This document shows positions 37,406-43,192 of a stretch of 43,192 bases of DNA, piece by piece. The position numbers and the translations under genes are program-made. This DNA is from Rhizobiaceae bacterium (GTDB lineage: Bacteria; Pseudomonadota; Alphaproteobacteria; Rhizobiales; Rhizobiaceae). The DNA is taken from contig JAGRLJ010000114.1 in NCBI GenBank assembly GCA_020441805.1, forward strand, positions 1 through 43,192, read 5' to 3'. How positions within the stretch are numbered: position 1 is the first letter of the stretch; each line of letters begins with the position of its first letter. The notes under the pieces were generated by a model. It did no database searches and was not told where the DNA came from. It saw only the letters and a list, made by a program, of their open reading frames with translations.

Positions 37406-38941
37406 ATGCCCAAGGATACGCCGATCCTGTCACTGTCGGGCATCACGAAGCGTTTCGGCGGCGCCGCAGCCAACAAGGCTGTGAATTTCGAGCTGGGCCG
37501 GGGAGAGATCGTCGGCCTGCTGGGCGAGAACGGGGCCGGCAAGACCACGCTCATGAACGTGGTTTTCGGCCTCTACCAGCCGGACGAAGGGACTATCCGG
37601 GTCGATGGCGTGCCCGTTGGCATCAACACGACGGCCGATGCGATTTCGCTGGGCATCGGCATGGTCCATCAGCACAGCCACGCCGTGGCGCGCCATACCG
37701 TGCTGGAAAACCTGATGACCGGCCTGCCGGGCCGGCGCGGCCTTCTCGACCGCCAGGCCGCCTTGCGCAGGCTGTCCGAAATTGGAGAGGCCTATGGCCT
37801 CCAACTGGATCCCGGCCGGCTCGTCGGCGATCTCGCGGTCGGAGAGCAGCAGCGGCTGGATATCATCCGCGCGCTTTTCCGCAAGGCCCGGGTGCTGATC
37901 CTCGACGAACCGACCTCCGTTCTGACCCCCCAGGAGGCCGAGGGGCTTTTTTCCGCCCTGCGCGCGCTCAGGGAAGACAATGTCGGAATCGTCTTCATCA
38001 GCCACAAGCTCAACGAGGTGCGGGCCATCACCGATCGCATCGTCATCATGCGCCGGGGCGAGGCGGTCGCCGACGTGCCGAATGACGGGACGCTCACGAA
38101 TGTCGGGCTGGCGACGCTCATGTGCGGGCACGAGCCCGAACGGGTGGTTCGCCAGCCCGGCCGAAAGGGTGAAACGCGACTTTCCCTGAAAGGCCTGAAG
38201 CTGAACGACGCCAGGCATCGTCATGGCGCCAGCCAGCCGATCGATCTCGATATCCATGCCGGTGAGATCGTCGGCATCGCCGGCGTCTCCGGCAATGGGC
38301 AGGTGCGTCTCGCCGAGACCGTATCCGGCGTGGAGCCGGCCTTCGCCGGCGAAATCCGCATGGATGGACGCGCGATCCGCAACCCTTCCGTCCGGCACAT
38401 GCAGGCGCGCGGCCTGGCCTATATTCCCGAGGATCGGATCGGGGCCGGTCTCGTCGGCGCGCTGCCGCTGCTCGACAACATGGTCCTGTCTCGCTTCGCC
38501 GAGGCGCCTTTCGCACGTCGGGGGTGGCTGGACTGGCGCGCGATCCTCGACTTCGCCACCAGGCAAATCGAGTCCTACGACGTGCGCCCGCCGGATCCTC
38601 GGATACCGGTCGGCCTGCTCTCCGGCGGCAATCAGCAGAAGGCCATCATCGCTCGCGAACTGGCTTTTTCGCCGCGCGTCCTGGTGATCGCGCAGCCGAC
38701 CCGCGGGCTGGATGTCTCCGCCATCGCATTCGTCCACCAGGCGCTCATGAAACTGAGAGGCGAAGGTTGCGCCATTATGCTGATCTCGGATGATCTCGAT
38801 GAGCTCTTCCAGCTTTCGGACCGCATCGCGGTCATGTACGAAGGCGAGATCGTCTGCGACATGCCCATCGAGGAGGCGACGGTTTCCACGATCGGGCTCG
38901 CGATGACCGAAGGCCGGGCCGCAGAAAGGCGGGCGGCATGA
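37406..38941 (+). CDS. Sugar/nucleoside (CUT2/NupA-type) ABC double ATPase
   Basis: GENGAGKTT, IGMVHQH, L.VGEQQR, ILDEPT.VLTPQE, GIAGVSGNGQ, LSGGNQQK and QPTRGLD. Confidence 0.92.
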   Translation: MPKDTPILSLSGITKRFGGAAANKAVNFELGRGEIVGLLGENGAGKTTLMNVVFGLYQPDEGTIRVDGVPVGINTTADAISLGIGMVHQHSHAVARHTVLENLMTGLPGRRGLLDRQAALRRLSEIGEAYGLQLDPGRLVGDLAVGEQQRLDIIRALFRKARVLILDEPTSVLTPQEAEGLFSALRALREDNVGIVFISHKLNEVRAITDRIVIMRRGEAVADVPNDGTLTNVGLATLMCGHEPERVVRQPGRKGETRLSLKGLKLNDARHRHGASQPIDLDIHAGEIVGIAGVSGNGQVRLAETVSGVEPAFAGEIRMDGRAIRNPSVRHMQARGLAYIPEDRIGAGLVGALPLLDNMVLSRFAEAPFARRGWLDWRAILDFATRQIESYDVRPPDPRIPVGLLSGGNQQKAIIARELAFSPRVLVIAQPTRGLDVSAIAFVHQALMKLRGEGCAIMLISDDLDELFQLSDRIAVMYEGEIVCDMPIEEATVSTIGLAMTEGRAAERRAA

Positions 38942-40008
38942 GGCTGGTCGCCAAGACGGAGCGGAACTCCCCGATGCGCGACGCATTGATGCCGGTCGTG
39001 GCCGTCGCCGCGAGCCTGTTGGTCTGCGCGCTCCTCATTCTGTTGGCGGGGGCCAATCCGGTCGAGGCTTTCGGCATCATGATTTCGGCGGCCTTCTGGG
39101 GAAAGTTCGCCCTGACCGAGACCCTGGCCCGCGCAGCGCCGCTCATGCTGTCGGGCCTTGCCGCGCTCGTGGCGTTCCGCACACGCTTCTGGAACATCGG
39201 CGGCGAGGGACAGATCATCGTCGGCGCCATGGCCGCGGCCTGGATCGGCGCGCTGACCCTGCCGACGCCGCTTCTCATTCCCTTCATGCTGATCGGCGCC
39301 GCGCTGGCCGGCGCCGCGCTGGCCGCCGTTCCCGCGTCGCTCAAGACGCGCTTCGGTGTCGATGAGGTCGTCAGCACGCTGATGCTCAATTTCATCGTCA
39401 TGTATCTCATGCAAGCGCTGTTGTCCGGCCCCTGGAAGGATCCGGTGACGGGGTGGACGAACAGCCCCAGCATCCTGCCCGCCGCGGAATTCCCGGTGTT
39501 CTGGAGCGGCACGCGATTGCATCTGGGTGTCCTGCTGGCCTTCCTGTCCGTCGCCGTCATCGGCATCGTCATGAAGCGGACGACATTCGGCCTGTCGATG
39601 AAAATCGTCGGGGAGAATCCGAAGTCGGCGCGCCATGCCGGACTCAACGTCTCATATGTCACGCTTCTCGCCGCCCTGCTTTCCGGCGCCCTTGCGGGAC
39701 TGGCGGGCGCCGGTGAAATCGGCGGCATCCAGTTCCAGGTCATCGCCTCGATCTCGTCCGGCTACGGTTATGCCGGCATTGTCGTGGCGATGCTTGCCCG
39801 TCTGTCGGCCGCGGGAATCATACCTGCCGCGCTGTTCATCGCAGCCATTACGACGGGCGCGGATGAAATGTCGCGCCAGACCGGCGTCCCCTTCTTCATC
39901 GCCGACGCCATGCAAGGAATCTGCCTGATCGCCGTTCTGGTGGCGATGACGCTGTCCCGCTACGAGATCCGGTTCCGTGCGTCCCCCGAAACGAAGGCAA
40001 CCCCGTGA
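38938..40008 (+). CDS. Nucleoside-type ABC permease (NupB-like)
   Basis: WNIGGEGQ, EVV.TLMLNF and GYG..GI.VA.L. The start overlaps the upstream stop (ATGA). Confidence 0.9.
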   Translation: MRLVAKTERNSPMRDALMPVVAVAASLLVCALLILLAGANPVEAFGIMISAAFWGKFALTETLARAAPLMLSGLAALVAFRTRFWNIGGEGQIIVGAMAAAWIGALTLPTPLLIPFMLIGAALAGAALAAVPASLKTRFGVDEVVSTLMLNFIVMYLMQALLSGPWKDPVTGWTNSPSILPAAEFPVFWSGTRLHLGVLLAFLSVAVIGIVMKRTTFGLSMKIVGENPKSARHAGLNVSYVTLLAALLSGALAGLAGAGEIGGIQFQVIASISSGYGYAGIVVAMLARLSAAGIIPAALFIAAITTGADEMSRQTGVPFFIADAMQGICLIAVLVAMTLSRYEIRFRASPETKATP

Positions 40009-40946
40009 GCATTTTCGATCTTGTCCTGGATATCGGCTTCTTCTCGGCGGCGGTCAGACTGGCCATTCCTTTGCTGTTGGGAACGCTCAGCGAACTCACC
40101 GCGGAACGATCGGGCGTCCTCAATCTGGGTATCGAGGGCATGATGCTCTCCGGCGCGCTTGCCGGCTTCGGCACGGCGTTCGTCACGGGTTCGATGTGGC
40201 TTGGCGTCGTCGCCGCGATCGCGGTCGGCATGCTGATCGGGGCATTCATGGCGGTGCTCGTCGTGAATTTTCGCCTCGACCAGACGGTGACCGGCCTCGG
40301 CGTGAGCATGGCCGCCACGGGTCTGGTTTTCTACAGCTACCGCCTGGGCTTCGGGGAAAGCAGCACGCCGCCCTCGATCGCGCCGTTCAGCACCATCCCG
40401 CTGCCCTTCCTGTCGGATATCCCGGTGATCGGACAGGTGTTCTTCAATCAATATGCGCTGACCTATGCCGCCTATCTGCTTGTGCCGGCGCTTGCTTTTT
40501 TCCTCTATCGGACGCCGGCCGGCCTTTCGTTGCGCACTGTCGGGGAAAACCCGCAGGCCGCCGCCGCCGCCGGCATCGACCCCATCAGGATGCGTGTGTT
40601 CGCCTTGATCTTCGCCGGCGGCCTTGCGGGACTGGCGGGCGCCTATCTCAACCTGGCCGCCTTCGGTTCCTTCACATTCGGCATCATCTCGGGGCGTGGA
40701 TGGATCTGCCTGGCGCTCGTCGTGCTCGGGCGCTGGAATCCCGTCGGCTGCGCCTGCGCCGCGCTGTTGTTCGGCGCGGTCGACGCCTTTCAGTTGCGCT
40801 TGCAGGCAAGCGGCACGGTCGATCTTCCCTACCAGCTTTTTCTGGCGCTGCCTTATGCCGCGACACTGGTGGCCATGATCTTCAACTCCAGGCGCGCGGG
40901 CGGTCCCGCGGCACTGATGCAGCCCTACAATGCCGAACAGCGGTAG
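40005..40946 (+). CDS. Nucleoside-type ABC permease (NupC-like)
   Basis: ERSGVLNLGIEGMM, GENP.AA...GI, GRGWI.LALV..G.W.P, LPY and P.AL..PY. The GTG start overlaps the upstream stop. Confidence 0.9.
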   Translation: MSIFDLVLDIGFFSAAVRLAIPLLLGTLSELTAERSGVLNLGIEGMMLSGALAGFGTAFVTGSMWLGVVAAIAVGMLIGAFMAVLVVNFRLDQTVTGLGVSMAATGLVFYSYRLGFGESSTPPSIAPFSTIPLPFLSDIPVIGQVFFNQYALTYAAYLLVPALAFFLYRTPAGLSLRTVGENPQAAAAAGIDPIRMRVFALIFAGGLAGLAGAYLNLAAFGSFTFGIISGRGWICLALVVLGRWNPVGCACAALLFGAVDAFQLRLQASGTVDLPYQLFLALPYAATLVAMIFNSRRAGGPAALMQPYNAEQR

Positions 40947-41353
40947 AGACTGGAGTCCGGGGCGCCGACTGCGACCGCCACATGATCGAGCGGCGACCGG
41001 GTTCTCCGGCTGACGGGCAACCGCTCTCGTCGTGACGGCCCGAACGGATCGGAGGTCGATCATCCGCGATCGCTCGATCCTGTCCCGCTGCCATGAACAG
41101 GGGATGGCCTTCACCGTCCGCGCATCGTCGAAGATGCGACCGGTATGTGCTTCAGGTTCGGACGGACTATTCGGCTCGAACGAGACGCCGTTGGACAGCA
41201 TCGCTTGAATCATCGGAAAAAGACGGCTTAAATCGACCTCCAGGCCGAGCGGGAAGGCCGATCTACCCAAGCCCGGACATCTCGGTTCATGTCACGCGAT
41301 GGACAGGGAGAGGCCTGCGGAGTTCAGGGCGGCATCATGAGAGGAGATCTCAT

Positions 41354-41872
41354 TTGAGCATCCCAGACGGAATGGCGGATGTTTGGGAAATCCTCGATCC
41401 CGAATATTCTGCGGGGCTGGCGACCGCATTGAGCATGCAACTCGCGGAGCGGGGCGGTCGATGCGTCCCGTTTGCGCGCCGCCGCGACGATGACGATCTG
41501 GCCTGTCTGTCGGGCGACGGCCGAATCGCGATCGTTCACCCGAACTGGGGCGACGGTCGTGAATCGGGATGGTCGCGGTTTCATGTTCCGGACGATCAAG
41601 GCACGATGCGCCTGAAGTTCTTCAACGCGCCACGCAGGGTTGGTTGCCTTGCCTGCGGCGCGCGGTGCGGGGCGGTATGGAACGTTACGTGTTCGAATGA
41701 CGAACTCGAATATCTCGGATCATGCCGGATGCCTGTGGGGGAGGCGGTAAGCGATGAGCCATTTCACATTTTCCGGATCGTGGCGCGCCGTCGTTTCGCT
41801 GCTGCTACTGGCGGCCGCGTGCTTTGGGCCTCAAGCGGCATCGGCGCAGGGCCGGCACGTCATCTTCGATGA
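41354..41872 (+). CDS. Small hypothetical protein or gene remnant; real 3' end uncertain
   Basis: AGGAG at 41342-46 precedes TTG 41354. The first ~75 aa look protein-like (WEIL...VPFARRRDDDDLAC...RIAIVH.NW...E.GW). The remainder overlaps the next gene by about 120 bp and looks spurious. Confidence 0.3.
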   Translation: MSIPDGMADVWEILDPEYSAGLATALSMQLAERGGRCVPFARRRDDDDLACLSGDGRIAIVHPNWGDGRESGWSRFHVPDDQGTMRLKFFNAPRRVGCLACGARCGAVWNVTCSNDELEYLGSCRMPVGEAVSDEPFHIFRIVARRRFAAATGGRVLWASSGIGAGPARHLR

Positions 41873-43192
41873 TCCGCTATACGGCACCTGGGACGTCGAG
41901 GTGATGCAGCGTCGCGAAGCGCCGACGACAGGACGTGTCAGCTACTGGCCCAAGGTGGAAATCGAATGCCGCCACATCGAACAGGGCTGCATATATCGCT
42001 GGATGCGCTCCAAGCTGATCCCCGATCCAGGATACGATGCCGCGGGCTCGCCGACGCATACGGCGTTAAGCTATTCCGGTGTGAAGGCCCTGGCCGACAG
42101 CCCTGGCAACCTCGTGCTCGAGCATGTTTACTTTCCCCGCACCAAGTATCGCGACACCTTGCGCACGGACCGCGACCGGATGTTCGGGCACTGGACCGAT
42201 TCGACCTTTTCGGATTTGAGCGACCGCATCACCTATACCCGACGAAGGGCGCGTCTGGTTGAATATGGCCTGTCGGACATTGTCAGCAGCCTTTCGCCCC
42301 TCGACACGCGCCGCGTAAGGCCCGGCGATCCGCTGATCGTGAGCGGCCTGTTCGATGCCTTCAGTTTCGGCCCCGACGCCAGGACGCGCGGTTACCGGCC
42401 GAGCTTCGTCGTTGCACAATACGGCGATAATTTCGACGGCTTTCACACCGTGGAATTTATCGACGCTCCGGGATACGAGCCAGGCCTGCCATCGCCGATC
42501 CATGCTCCAGGCGACAAAGGCAAGATCATCGGCAGCCGCACCGAGGTGATCATCTGGTCCGAGGCCACTCCGGGGATCAAGCGCGTGCTGATCGACGGCG
42601 AGCCGGCCTTCATCGAGGTGCGGTTCATCAATTACGACGGCCCCCTCGTGAACAGCAGGCAGGACACGTGCCCCGCCGAATTCTACGAGAGGATCAAGGC
42701 CGAGGGCCACAGGCTGGTCGACCGCTACCTCGCCGAGACGGCGGGCGCGGCCGCCGCCAACCCGCGCTGGCCGGCGAAGAAGGCCTATAGCTACGAGCGC
42801 AGCCCCAATGTCGGCGGCGACGATGATGCGACGATCCGCAAGATGGAAGTTCTGGTCGCGGAATCCCAGGCCAATGGCGGACCCGATGCATGGCTGGCGC
42901 AGGCTCGCATTCACCTGGCGGCGGACATGCGGATCTTTATCGGCATGATCGCCGCGAGCCGGAATGGGCCGTGCCCGAAGTTTCTCAGCACCAGCCCGCT
43001 TCTGGACGAATTTCACGCCCGTCTCGCCGAGATGTCGCAGCCCCGTTACCGCGACTATGCGCTGCGGACGTCCGAGGCGCAGCGACTGGCGCAGAAATAT
43101 GCGCTGAATGTCCGCAAGAAATACTACGCGGCAAATGTGTCATGGGGCGATTTATTGACTGGCAAGGGACTCTCCTTCGCCGAAACCGAAGC
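41754..43192 (+). CDS. Secreted hypothetical protein, at least 479 aa, 3' truncated by the window edge
   Basis: It is missing from the ORF track because it has no stop in the window. GGGGAGG RBS, then ATG 41754 MSHFTFSGSWRAVVSLLLLAAACFGPQAASA|QGR (Sec signal with ASA cleavage site). By manual translation the frame stays open to the window end. Confidence 0.75.
   Translation, partial: MSHFTFSGSWRAVVSLLLLAAACFGPQAASAQGRHVIFDDPLYGTWDVEVMQRREAPTTGRVSYWPKVEIECRHIEQGCIYRWMRSKLIPDPGYDAAGSPTHTALSYSGVKALADSPGNLVLEHVYFPRTKYRDTLRTDRDRMFGHWTDSTFSDLSDRITYTRRRARLVEYGLSDIVSSLSPLDTRRVRPGDPLIVSGLFDAFSFGPDARTRGYRPSFVVAQYGDNFDGFHTVEFIDAPGYEPGLPSPIHAPGDKGKIIGSRTEVIIWSEATPGIKRVLIDGEPAFIEVRFINYDGPLVNSRQDTCPAEFYERIKAEGHRLVDRYLAETAGAAAANPRWPAKKAYSYERSPNVGGDDDATIRKMEVLVAESQANGGPDAWLAQARIHLAADMRIFIGMIAASRNGPCPKFLSTSPLLDEFHARLAEMSQPRYRDYALRTSEAQRLAQKYALNVRKKYYAANVSWGDLLTGKGLSFAETE

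Noticed and set aside
42066-43016. 316-aa minus-strand ORF
   Set aside because: It is antisense to the plus-strand ORF from 41754, which has an RBS and a signal peptide.
1-43192. CRISPR array, tRNA/rRNA, IS element, integrase or known defence system
   Set aside because: By eye I saw no regularly spaced repeats, RNA-gene signatures, or transposase, recombinase or nuclease motifs. A covariance-model scan would be needed to exclude small ncRNAs.

Overview
This is a high-GC, alphaproteobacterial-looking (Rhizobiales-like codon style and gene families) accessory region packed with catabolic and transport operons. I found no rRNA, tRNA, CRISPR array, integrase or transposase. It has five blocks. 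(1) 1-7950 (+): an ABC operon whose LivF-type ATPase is fused to a Tm-1-like/UPF0261 domain, followed by the matching TIM-barrel (PEP-hydrolase-like) gene, a long SPFH/flotillin, an SRPBCC protein and an SRPBCC-quinone oxidoreductase fusion. Its function is unknown. (2) 8029-18312: a divergent pair. One side has an atypical arginase-family hydrolase, a peptide-type ABC importer and a sulfatase; the other has an IaaH-like amidase. A LuxR-type HTH regulator converges on the amidase. (3) 18541-19713: a small RTX-repeat protein. (4) 20027-40946: a roughly 21-kb catabolic island centred on an Lrp gene. It encodes acoABC-like TPP enzymes, a VOC enzyme, a polar amino-acid importer lacking its ATPase, diaminopropionate ammonia-lyase, two SDRs, an M20 hydrolase with a degenerate second metal site, an HpxW/GGT-type Ntn hydrolase and a GlcG-like protein. 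It also carries a metallo-beta-lactamase-fold hydrolase, oxalate-CoA ligase and PanE2-type oxalyl-CoA reductase, plus a BMP-family ABC importer. My leading inference, untested, is an undescribed pathway for an N-oxalyl or otherwise N-acylated diaminopropionate such as the legume toxin beta-ODAP. (5) 41354-end: a doubtful small ORF and a secreted hypothetical protein that runs off the window and is missing from the ORF track. All family calls come from motif recognition, not from database searches.
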